Source of the DNA: Laetmonice hystrix
Taxonomy: Eukaryota
Length of the DNA stretch: 64,000 bases
Reading direction: 5' to 3'
Assembly: GCA_965235115.1 (NCBI GenBank)
Contig: OZ249436.1
Location: 40,860,001-40,924,000 of the forward strand
Position numbers and translations under genes: made by a program. Shown here one piece after another: positions 17,673-29,199 of the stretch (positions are counted from its first letter, which is position 1; the number at the start of each line of letters is the position of its first letter). The notes under the pieces are model-generated. The model had not been told where the DNA came from. It saw only the letters and a list, made by a program, of their open reading frames with translations, and searched no databases.

Positions 17673-18394
17673 CTCGGTCTGAGCCCATTGATCTCGGCTG
17701 GATCCACCAACTCGGTCTGAGCCCATTGATCTCGGCTGGATCCACCAACTCGGTCTGAGCCCATTGATCTCGGCTGGATCCACCAACTCGGTCTGAGCCA
17801 ATTGATCTCGGCTAGATCCACCAACTCGGTCTGAGCCCATTGATCTCGGCTGCATCCACCAACTCGGTCTGAGCCCATTGATCTCGGCTAGATCCACCAA
17901 CTCGGTCTGAGCCAATTGATCTTGGCTGGATCCACCAACTCGGTCTGAGCCAATTGATCTCGGCTGGATCCACCAACTCGGTCTGAGCCAATTGATCTCG
18001 GCTGGATCCACCAACTCGGTCTAAGCCAATTGATATCGGCTGGATCCACCAACTCGGTCTGAGCCCATTGATCTCGGCTGGATCCACCAACTCGGTCTGA
18101 GCCCATTGATCTCGGCTGGATCCACCAACTCGGTCTGAGCCAATTGATCTCGACTGGATCCACCAACTCGGTCTGAGCCAATTGATCTCGACTGGATCCA
18201 CCAACTCGGTCTGAGCCAATTGATCTCGGCTGGATCTACCAACTCGGTCTGAGCCAATTGATCTCGGCTGGATCCACCAACTCGGTCTGAGCCCATTGAT
18301 CTCGGCTGGATCCACCAACTCGGTCTGAGCCAATTGATCTCGGCTGGATCCACCAACTCGGTCTGAGCCAATTGATATCGGCTGGATCCACCAA
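17673..18394. repeat. Tandem minisatellite, 38-bp unit, 19 copies
   Basis: Unit CTCGGTCTGAGCC(C/A)ATTGATCTCGGCTGGATCCACCAA arranged head-to-tail with no spacers. Confidence 0.98.
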
Positions 18395-18574
18395 AAGAAA
18401 GGGAAGGTACGATTTAAACATCCGCCTTATAATTTTATAATGGACGGGAATAGTACGACTTTATAAGTAAGGGTATAATCTCAATGTGTTTTAAAGGCTC
18501 GACAAGCATACACGTCTGTCAAGTGTGTAGATTCTGAAAATGGTGTCAGGAGTTGGGGGGGGGGGCGGAGTCCA

Positions 18575-18803
18575 CCGGCGCGTGTCCAGGATTTTCAGCG
18601 GGGGGGGGGCGGTCTCAGGAAATTTTTAAAAATTAGAAACTCTGGGACTCGGTTCGCCGTCATTTAAGGGCCATTTTAGGGCATTATATTTTGTGGATTC
18701 ATCGCTTAACGGGTTCAAAACGGCGGGAATGCTTAGAAAAAAATCTATGCTCTGTGGGAGCAGGGGGGCCCGGACCCCCTGGACCCCCCTGGACACGCGC
18801 CTG
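18575..18803. mobile_element. MITE with 16-bp TIR (C(C/A)GGCGCGTGTCCAGG)
   Basis: CCGGCGCGTGTCCAGG ... CCTGGACACGCGCCTG, flanked on both sides by GTCCA. Internal G/C tracts resemble those of the 40738-41124 element. Confidence 0.75.
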
Positions 18804-19720
18804 GTCCATCAAGGGCGATTCTACAAGCTCTCTCAGAAACAAGAAAGATTGATGCCAATGGAGCCCTGACTGAATAGCGGCCTATATGTCTCTGTACCCC
18901 AACACTAAAAACACGTAACGGGATGAGGGTCCTTCACTGGGGGAAAGTACGGAACAAGATGCATGGCGCATGAAAACGGCACAGAAGGTGGAGTGTCGTA
19001 TTTATGCGCCAGGCATCATAGTTAACGTCGCATCACCCCCTGACGTTTACAATCAAATCAGTCCGGATGGAACAGGCGTTCCATATTATACGTACCACCG
19101 TATGGCACCTCCCTGAATGGCACTGGCAGACAGAATGCGCATACTAATAATACGTACAGCCTATAGGCCTATACACTAAACACCCCCACCCCCACCCACT
19201 CCCCCACCCCAATACCAAATACTCAAGAGATACCACTGCTGTCTATAGATTTACCTTTTTCAATCCTATCTATAGTGTGGTTCCCCTTTCTTATCCCTCT
19301 CCATGCACTGAGACATTTCCCCCCACACACGATAGCATATAGGTTCTATACTTTCCCACCGCCTCGAAAGGATAATGCCACGTTTATAACGTCATTTATT
19401 TGGAACTCGACAGGTCAGGGTGCATGGGGCAGTAGACTGCATCATGTCCAGCTGGGTTAGCTGAGTCAGGAAGCAAGGCGGATATCATATACTTACACCC
19501 CACTAGGCACCATCGTATCACATTTGGGATGACCCAGAAAAACAGGGCAGGTCTCTACCATCGTAATGTAGAAGTTAGGCTATATATGCAAACGCGGGTA
19601 ACGGATGTTCCTACGGGACTTGTTCATGACATGTCCACATACGTCCAGGATGACAAGGATCCTGGCCAGGCGAAATGGTCACACTTACACAGGACCACGA
19701 GACTGTATAACTTTTTAATA

Positions 19721-20031
19721 CACCGGTGTCGCGGTCTGTTTTCTCCGCCGGCCTGCTAACTCGGGGTGCATGGTTTGGGCTCACACCTCCGGTCGTCTGC
19801 TAGCTATAATGAGCGCTGAGGTTTTCTTCCAAACAATAATAAACGACAGCCTGGATAGGCAAATTGTGGACCAAACCTGATGGAGGAGAAAAGAATTATT
19901 ACATGAGACTCAATCCAGACCTGGTATTTGATAGTTTAACGAGAACTGTATAAATACATATGTACACTCGACTCTGTAGCCAACCTCCCGGAGATCTCAG
20001 ACCGCGAGAAAACAGACCGCGACACCGGCCG
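19721..20031. mobile_element. MITE, Tc1/mariner-like (TA flanks)
   Basis: Perfect 23-bp inverted repeat CCGGTGTCGCGGTCTGTTTTCTC (19723-19745 and 20006-20028). TA dinucleotides at 19719-19720 and 20032-20033. Confidence 0.7.
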
Positions 20032-20826
20032 TAGACCATTGCCGGTATAGGACAAGACATAGTCAAGGCTGGCAGCCATTACGTATACATATTTTTCCAT
20101 TGATAAGAAAAAAAAATCCAATTTTTCCTTTCATTATTGACCATCCGATTAAATTCGTTGCCTGGAATGCAACATTTCCATAAATGAATATTGTTTTTTC
20201 AACTTCTAAAGTATAAATAAAGTTTTAGGTTTTTAATAGTAAGGTTTTTAAAGTAAAATATTCCAAGTTACAATACATGTAATCAGAAAAGGTTTCTAAT
20301 ACAATGTATTTACGTTTCTAATACAATGTATTTACATTTTAATAATTATACTAGGCACTAGGCGAATTTCATAGACACTAACTAAAATATCATTGATAGT
20401 TTCTCCCTAAAAGATTAGTTTAATTTTATTTTCTCACTTGTGCTTTGGTTATCACTGATGCTGACACTGGTTGTTAAAAAAATAAAGAATAAAATTGCTG
20501 TGTGGTGTTCAGTAATTCCACTTTATACAATGTGTTGTCACAGTAAGATGTCTTCAGTTCAGCTGCACACGCTCTCCAGCGAAGTTTTTCCAGGCATCGC
20601 CATCTGCCGTGCTATTTTCGGCGCTGACCTGCCTTGAAGTGTTGAGGCGGCCCGCTGACGTGCTATTTTTGGCAGGGCCAGGCAGATTTCCAGGAGCGGC
20701 GAGGATAGCCGATGACCTGGCTCAGCAAAGAGCGAGAGGCCTTCAGCCAGCCCCGAACTGGGTGTTAGTAAACATGGGACATGGTACTTTGGACGCTGGA
20801 CGACCATCAGTGAAGTATTATGCCCC

Positions 20827-23004
20827 CTCTCCACTAAGCCGATATCTGAAGCGATAACAGGGGCGAAAAAGTTCGCTTCTAGATCGCCTTAGTGGAGATG
20901 GTTCTCGGTTGAGGTTCGCCCGGTCGCCTGAAGATCGGTTGAAGATCGCTTCGCCAACCGATAACATTAAACTGCAAAACCCGTCTCCACTAAGCCGAAA
21001 TCTGAAGCGATAACAGGAGCGAAAAAGTTCGCTTCTAGATCGCCTGCATGAGCCGAACTTCGCCTTAGTGGAGATGGTTCTCGGTTGAGCATCGCCCGGT
21101 CGCCTGAAGGTCGGTTCACGATCGCTCCGCCAACCGATAACATTAAACTTGTTTAATGTTCTCGGTTCTGAATCGGCTGATCGGCGCGTTCGCTTCAGTT
21201 TCCACTAGGCCTAGTCTTCTCAGCTAAGTGGTGTGTGCAAGGACCTGTAGGTGTCGCTAAAAGTATGTCACGTGACGCAATTCTTCTTTCGGCAATACAA
21301 AATATGACCGCGTGACAAGATGGTTCGAACAGCAAGAAATGTGCAAGGAAAGACGATCATTACCGAATATGGAAAGCGTAAAAAAATATTCGAAATCGAA
21401 CTGCAGCATCTGTAGCACATAAAAAAAGGAAGAGATGGGCCATCAGAGCGGAACCATCAAGGGAGGGGCCCGATGTCAGTCCAGATTGTGCAGTGGCGTA
21501 CCTACGGGGTAGCGCCGACAATAGTTGAGAAGTACAACTCCAGCGAGGATCACTTTATCCACATTTCTTGATATCATTTCGATTTCGCGCCGAAAAATAC
21601 TGAATTTTGTTGGACCATTCATATAATCATGGAATGTGGATTGGCGCCAGATCTGACCCCCCCCCCCCCCCCATCACTGGCCCTTCCCTCCCCGCCAACA
21701 TCGACGAAAATAAATTAGATTTGAGATTTTAAAGAAATTTTACTCATAAATACTTTGATCCAATTCATGGGGCCATGCAAAATTTTATTTCTGTACTCCA
21801 AATAGTTTTCGAGATATGGCTTTTTAAATTGTTCACCCCTTGGACCCTTTCAAGACATAAGTTTCGCTTATTTTTGTGCCGATTTTGAGGACCTATAACA
21901 GCACAATTATAAGAGTGAGTATTCCCATATTTTATTAACTTACTGTCCTTGGTAGGTATATGCAAAATACAAGACAACAGGTTCATCCTGGGAATATTGT
22001 TTCTGTACGAGTGGTGCCAAAATGGCGTTTTGGCCAATTTTTACCTAAAATATTTAGCTGTGCAACAGGGTTTTTCCCATTTGAAAAGGCATATTTTCTT
22101 TAATTCTTTATAGATCTTCACAAAACTTTCAGGGAATGCTTACAGGCCATATTCCTATATAATCATAGTCCAAAATGGTTCATTTATGCTAAAAATTCCT
22201 AGTTCTTTGACCTTAAGCATAGTGATATCCGACTTTTTGGAGGAGATGGATATTTCTGAAAGTTTAAAGTGCTCTAAAAAAGTTAGTTTTCAATATTTTT
22301 ATTTCAAATTTGGCACATGGATAGTCTATGGGGAGTTCTTTCAAGAAAATATATTACAAGTTTCGAACTTGGATTAGATTTTTAATGAAGTCCTATCAAA
22401 AATGGCAAAAAAAAATAAAAATATGGTATCAGGCCCCACATATGAAAAATTGTCACACAAAAGGGATTGAGAGCACAGTTTCCAAACTTTTTTCAAATAA
22501 TAAGGACATACATATGTACAGTTGACAAAAAAAATCAGTAATGTGCTAGCTTTCCTTCCAGTCTTTAATGTATCATGAATACAGCCATTTTTTTTACATT
22601 CGCAGGTGGGTCATTCCATGTTGAACCAATGGCAAAAAAGTTGATGTCTCCGAATTTTTTGAAATTGTAACCACATATTTGACAGCCATATTTGGCCACC
22701 TCTGCAAAATTGCAGCTGGGTAACCCCAGAGTAGTTCCCAGGGGACGCGGCTATTGGGTACACCGATAACGATAAACGATAATGTTCGCGGCGGGCAGTG
22801 GAGACGCCTTTCGGTTCAGTATCGCTCGTTCGCTTCACCAAGCGATTTCTATCTTTCCGATTTATCGGATGATCGCCTTAGTGGAGCAGGCAGTGGAGAC
22901 GCCTTTCGGTTCAATATCGTTCGTTCGCTTCACCCAAGCGATTTCCATCCGATGACAGCAAAGATCGGCTTGTCGCTTTATCGGATGATCGCCTTAGTGG
23001 AGAG
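20827..23004. mobile_element. Non-autonomous TIR element (PIF/Harbinger-like) with duplicated termini and an AT-rich internal insert
   Basis: TIR CTCTCCACTAAG(C/G)CGAT (16/17 match) at 20827-20843 and 22988-23004. About 160-bp tandem duplication at the left end and about 90-110-bp duplication at the right end. Rich in ATCG/TCGC sub-repeats. Confidence 0.7.
21550..22740. mobile_element. AT-rich segment resembling a non-autonomous DNA transposon nested in the 20827-23004 element
   Basis: Abrupt composition switch interrupting the TCG-rich host element. Termini and TSD are not resolved, so boundaries are approximate. Confidence 0.4.
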
Positions 23005-26000
23005 CCTACATTAGGAGGTGGGGAGGCGTTGGTCTGTCTGGTAATGTTAACAGAATGGAAACGTCTTCACAAGGTTTAGCGTAGGGTTAGAACCATGATT
23101 ACTGTTACTGGTTCTGCTCGTTTCTTCAAACCGACACTGGGTTAAAAAAAGGATGACAAAGGAGGCAGGGCCGATCAATAATAGGTAAAAAAACAAACAA
23201 GGAAATGTCTTTGAGAAAGCTGTCTATGGAGAATGCAAGGTGTTAAAAGTAGTAATTCATGTTAGGCCTACTATAGAAAACAATACGAGTCAAGGCTATA
23301 TATAGGCATCATTTTAATTGTTTACTCAACCATATTCAGTTAGCATTAAAGAGATCTCATATTTCATCGTATTCTGAAATATTCTCGGGCTATACATGTT
23401 CTCGGCAACATTCTACAAGATATTTATAACTTTCTATTACTTTTGATGGAAAACCCCGATCTATCAACAAATGTCGACGAAATAGATTTTTTCAATATCT
23501 TAGGCCTATTATTGTCCACGTTTCCCTATGGCCGTATCGCGTATGCGAGAACATTTTGTGAAGTTAATCCCAAGAATGGCTTAACTTACTATCTAGCCTA
23601 GATTTAAGGTTGGGTACGTTTGGTAGTCACGTTTAATGGAATTCTTTTGTACTTGGCCAGAGTAAAGGCCAGTCACCAAAAATGAGAAAAGGCAGGAAAA
23701 TTCTGATTTTCTGGGAACTGAAAATATGCGTAAATCCACAGATTGGGTTAATCTCGAGACTAATTACGTCCTTGCATCCGGCTTATTTTGTGATTACGAT
23801 ACAGTTACTACAAATTTGTCACAAAATCAGGCTAAATTTCCTTTAAAAAAATGTATATGCTAATCCACTGTAGTATATCATTTCTATTTTTCCACTTCTA
23901 TTCAAAAGGTGGTCTTCAATATTGATATTGAGGCTACATTATAAGAGTTGTTAACCTTGGCAGAGAGTCTCACTCTAAGTCTACCTTGATATACAAATTG
24001 CACGCCTGGAGAAACGGAAGTTACCTTATAACTAACTGAGAGTGCGTGTACCTTGGATACAGACCTACATTTTAAACTGTTCTACAGATGACGAATATTT
24101 TAGTGACCTAAATCCCTGAGACCTCGGGTAAGAGGATCGCTTGTGGATGGGCGTTAACAGAGTTTAGAAGACTCGTCTACCCAAGAAAATGGAGACGAGA
24201 TGCTGAATTGCATATTGTGTGCAGTGTCTGGTTTTACGCCTGGTCAACTTCCACTCCCATATAGCTGTCTGTGACGTCATCCACAGCCATGGCTGATGAC
24301 GGTGTACTTCGGCTCGGTCAGGGTTCTCAATAAGCCTCAGTATAAAATCCAGGGTTCCCCCTAGAGACAACTGCTCCTGAACTTTACAAGTTAGTGTTCG
24401 TATTAAGATTACGGTCTCTCGACAATAAAATCGAACCAGGGTGTTATGGACGCCAAGGGGTGATTTGGTTGAGATTGACAAGCCCCCCCCCCCCCCAAAA
24501 AAAAAAATGGGGTAGGGGTGAGGGTCGGGTCGCGTTAACCCTCCCCTCGTCCGCCACTGATGCCATCGTATTGACAGCAGACCAATAGTCACATATCACT
24601 GCTCTGTTAGCATGCGAGATGAACGTGAAGTCAAGAGTTGGCGTATACATCGGTGTCTAGGATAAGTTTTTACAGGTAGATCTACTAGAAGAGTTGCTCA
24701 GACTTTTGCACAACTACTATAGGCCTAATGTGGTGAGGCCACTTTATTCCATACTTCTCGACCAATCCAGAATGAGAAGATACTTAATTCCGTCGGGAAC
24801 AGGCCAGTTTAAACTATCAAACAAAGAAAATTTGAAAAAATAGAAAAAGGATATTAGGGCAACACCTGGTGGGGACTCCTATAGATATATACATGTATAA
24901 ACCTGTCATGAGACTATGATCGTAAAGGCATGTTCGTCGTTTTAATCACTGTCTGTTGAGGCATGGTCTATATGTCTACGTACGCAGGGCACGTTTGATA
25001 CATTTAATGCCAGGACATAGCCTTTCTCTGCACATGTCTGCTCACCTGATATTGTATACTTCGATGGTTATAGGAACTGCCGAGTGGCATGAGTCACTCT
25101 AGGGAAGCAGTTTTGGGCAGTCCCTCCAGCAATGAATCGACTTCAAGACGGGCAGGACGGATAAAAAAAGAGAGATTCACATGTCAAAGTAAGTAACGAT
25201 GTAGGGAAGTACTCGCTGGGGTACACACCTGTGTACTGGTGAGAAAAAATACAGACCCTACTCACAGCCGGGAGGATGATATTATGATGGAATCATTAGT
25301 GGCATTCATACGGTCTGTGTGTGGGGTGGGGTGCGGTTGGTTAGAGTGGGGGAGGGGGGGGGGCGTTAGCCTGTATGCACGCTGATAGTGTGGGAAGCTC
25401 ACTTTGTGTTTCAAGATTAGACCCTCGGAGTATGCTAGCATATATACCCAGGAGGTTAGAAACCACCCCAACAACCGCCTCCTACAGCAACCACAGGCCC
25501 TCCGCGGTCTCACGCGGGTTCCTGACACCCATAACAGACCTGGCGATCCTGCCTGGTATTTCGCGGAACCCCCCCCCCCTCCCCAAACCAACCAACACAC
25601 AGCCCTCATTGCTCGCTCCAACCAACCAGCGACGAGGTCCCCATTTTTGGAGCTGGTTTCGAGGAAAGCGGCCGTTGCCCTGCCAACGGGGTCGGGGGCG
25701 AGGTAGGGTGGGGCTCCCTAATTTGGCTACCTTACTACTGACTGAGTCGGAGACCACGTGTATCCTGTGGGGGGGGGGGGGGGGCAGGCGCGGGAAACTA
25801 GGTGGAGTTCAGTGTTGGGGGCCGGACTATGGAACCTGGGAACATGCAGGCCTATAGCTGCCAACGGACTCCGGCCATGTCCACTGAGGGCGCCATGCTG
25901 AGTTGGGCAGATTTGCGCCTACCTTGCCAAGTTAACAGTGTTCCGTAGACACTTGTTTTATAGGTGCCATCTGTCAAGTGTTGAAACCGACCCACTTTTC

Positions 26001-26899
26001 GTACCTTGTAAGTTTAAAACTTACTCGGGGAAGGGGCAATGGATACAAGCCTCGAGGATGTACATGTCTGTCTGTGTGCATGAACAAGTTGGCCATAGGT
26101 GGGTGGGGGTGGGTGGTGGTGGGGGGGGGGGGGGCAACAACGGCCGTGTCAAAACGGCGAAATGATAAATCACGCCATCAAATTTTGTTTTTTTTAGTTC
26201 CTCATTGTTTGACCGACTTCAACATTTTTGTTTATTGTCAAATGGTAAATCATTATTACCTGGAATAAAATAAATATAGTCATCTGGTTAATGGGATAGT
26301 TTTAAGTGAAAGAGTTGTTGTCCTGCATGAAGGAAAGAACCCTTGTGAATTATTCGTGTTGAGGGAGCGGATGACGGTGACAAGCTCACGAAGCTTCGAA
26401 AAAACACAACCAAAAAAACCTTTGCATTCCTTGGGTCGATCGCCGGGAATGCTACAAAACAAGACTCCAAGAGGTAGCACATCCCACGTAATTTATCTCT
26501 GTCCTGGGGACTTATTTAACCATATCTGAAGAAAATGTTGTGACTGACACAAGTATCGGCCTAACTGGAGTTTTAAGGGTCAGGGTTATCAAGAATGTGT
26601 TAAAAAAAATTAAAGAAGAGGGAGCGAGCATTCCCTGGGCGTGACGGATTTAAAAGAATTAATTTTTGGGTGTCCATGTATTCTGACCTCAATCTAAAAC
26701 ACTGCTGCTTATATTTGTCTAAACTCCTGTTACAGGACCTCCCGGAATTGTAACTCGTCCAAAACAACTAAAGATGATAAAATAGGACCTATATCTGTAC
26801 GTGTTAACAGCAAGTTGATTAATTTTATTAACCGTGACTTAGACAGATACACCTTATTCAATTATTTATAGGGTATTTAAACATAACATACATAATGTC

Positions 26900-27330
26900 T
26901 GTCGTAACCATAGAGACGAGTTATAGGCTCGTATTGCATCTGTCTGAAAGCATTATGGAGAATAAGTGGCAGTTATATTACATTACAAGGACTACTTAGT
27001 AATGTCGACCTATTTTGCACTCGGCACAATATGAAAAGGTATCGTAAATTACCTGCACGTCCCTGGTTGTAACCATGGTAACCGGACGCCTAATACAGTC
27101 AATCGTGGTTGTATCTGCCGGCGGGGCGGCGGCCTAGAAAGCATGCGCACCTCAACCGGAAGTCAGCATCACTTTCGCTTCCTGGTGTCTGGATAAGGAT
27201 TGGCAGGCCTGCAATTGGTTGTTATGGCGACCGTTGTTAGGGAGACGGGACGCCGGGGAGGCTGGTACATACACATACAAGGACCAGGTTTATGGTGGTT
27301 ACCATGGTTTCCACACCGGTAAATGAGGGA
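26900..27330. promoter_or_regulatory. RFX X-box cluster with ETS, NRF1-like, GC and CCAAT motifs (candidate promoter or enhancer)
   Basis: GTAACCATGGTAAC 27069-27082, GTTGTTATGGCGAC 27218-27231, GTTGTTAGGGAGAC 27233-27246, GTTACCATGGTTTC 27298-27311, CCGGAAGT 27156-27163, GCATGCGCA 27141-27149. Confidence 0.55.
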
Positions 27331-28957
27331 TCTGACGTACTTATATGGCAAGTGGGACCTGTCAGACGTGAGGGCCGTTTGCAGTGGTCAAGCGCGTGAG
27401 GTTACTGGGCCACTGGGAGCCCCCTGGTCGAAATATAGACCGAGTGTCTGGTCACGCAATGGCCGTCTGTAATACATGTAGTCTGCTAGAATACAAGCTC
27501 CATGATGGGAACTCTAACTGCATCCCCAGACTGTGAACTATATCTAGGCCTATCACAATCATTATTCTCAATCCACCCCCCACCCCCATTATATCAGTCC
27601 CATATGTGTGTGTGTGTATCATTGATTGGTCTTACTATAAGAATTTTCATTAATTTGCGGAGTGGAAGTTGGCCGTTTGGGATGGTGTCCTTTTATCTCG
27701 TATAGAAGAATATACCTTAGATCAATCGATGTTGTTGATTAGATTATTATACAGGAGAATGGCCCCAGATAATAGAGAGGTGAGGGAACCTTCTCATGTA
27801 AGCCTAACTCAATCTGACCTCTGGTTGAACCGTCATCATCGTATAGACAGTTCATCAGAAGGGGGCACACGTATACCCTCACAGACTATAGATGAACAAC
27901 CAACCAAAGAAATACAATAATTAAGTTTTAGCACCGCATATACACACACTATATTTTGCCTCAAAATACATGAAAAACAGCACATAATCTCTATAGAGTC
28001 AGGATTGTGATGGCCCCCGGGCTTTACACAGAAAATTATGAAAGGGGGGTCTATCCCATATGCAGGGGTCAAGTCGGGAAACCAAATAAAAAAAACTAAA
28101 GATCGTCAAAACGGTACTAGTCCTTCCCCCGTATACCTCCTGCCCCCTGGATCTCCACCCACCCAACCATAAATAGCACTTCTGTAGAGCTCTTCAGACG
28201 CTTGGCGTTTTTCTTGGCTCTCTTGGCTCTCTTGGTCTCACTTTATTCAAACTTTCTAACGCAGTGATCAGTGTGTCTATAATCGAGTCTAAGCAAATGG
28301 TTGACCTCGTTATTTCATGTGTTCCGTGATTTCCCACCAATGATTTAACCTTTGAAAACGGACACCACCAAACGGACCTGGTGGTCGGGATATCCTGAAT
28401 GGGACTCTCCCTCTCACCGTGCATGTGGTCATGATACAACCAGACGGATACTGATCCCTATACCGGCACGCCGGATACCGTTACAACATGGAATCTAACC
28501 GAGTCGGTCAACTCGACCAGAGGATCGCCCCGGGGGGGGGGGGGAGTCCAATGGTTACTCCTCCATGGTAGCAACCCCGCCAAGTTAGGGGCAGGGTTAG
28601 GGCAGGGACTGAATTTAGAACCAGTCCTACTGAGTGTCATGCCCCCCAAGCACTTCATATCTATTTGAGTTTCAATAGCCCTTAAGATATAAAAGTTGAC
28701 GAATTACATTTAAATATGGATATTGGCCCCTGTTGCTCTGGAGGGTGGGGGCGGAGGTGGGGGTACATGGGCGGTTGCACCATCAAAGACACTTGTGAAG
28801 TCCCCTAAAGTCAAGACACTAATTTGACAGACTATGCCCAGTGTGCTCGTTTATAGCACCTTGTGTATTTCTACGACTCCTTTTACACACAAAAACCTGG
28901 CAGTTCAAGGGGGGGTACGTGCACCCAGTGCACCCCTCCCCCCCCCAAATCCGCGCC

Positions 28958-29199
28958 CAGGACCGTAGGCAGGGGGATGAGTGTCTGTAACCCCCCCCCC
29001 CCCCGTACAAAAGGAAAAAAAATCATTGGTCCTGAAATTCACCCAAAATGCAAGAAAATGTATACTTAAATATTAAAATTTGCCCCAGGGCATGCCCCCG
29101 GACCCCTAGCTTTCGCTTCTCACTTGCGGTGCTCGCTTTGATCGCATTTTATACAATTTTTCTTCAGTCTCCCTGCATCACCCTGTGGCTACAGCCCTT
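28958..29199. mobile_element. Degenerate CAGG-type MITE
   Basis: CAGGACCGTAGGCAGGGG ... CCCTGTGGCTACAGCCCT imperfect inverted termini with internal C tracts. Confidence 0.45.

Noticed and set aside
17673..18394. 38-bp array as a CRISPR array
   Set aside because: The units are head-to-tail with no unique spacers, there are no cas genes, and the context is eukaryotic.
20559..20857. GC-rich short ORFs as a terminal exon
   Set aside because: No recognisable protein and no clear splice acceptor; the segment abuts a transposon end.
25262..25857. Cluster of 91-160-aa ORFs
   Set aside because: Driven by GC-rich sequence and G/C homopolymer runs; no domain recognised.
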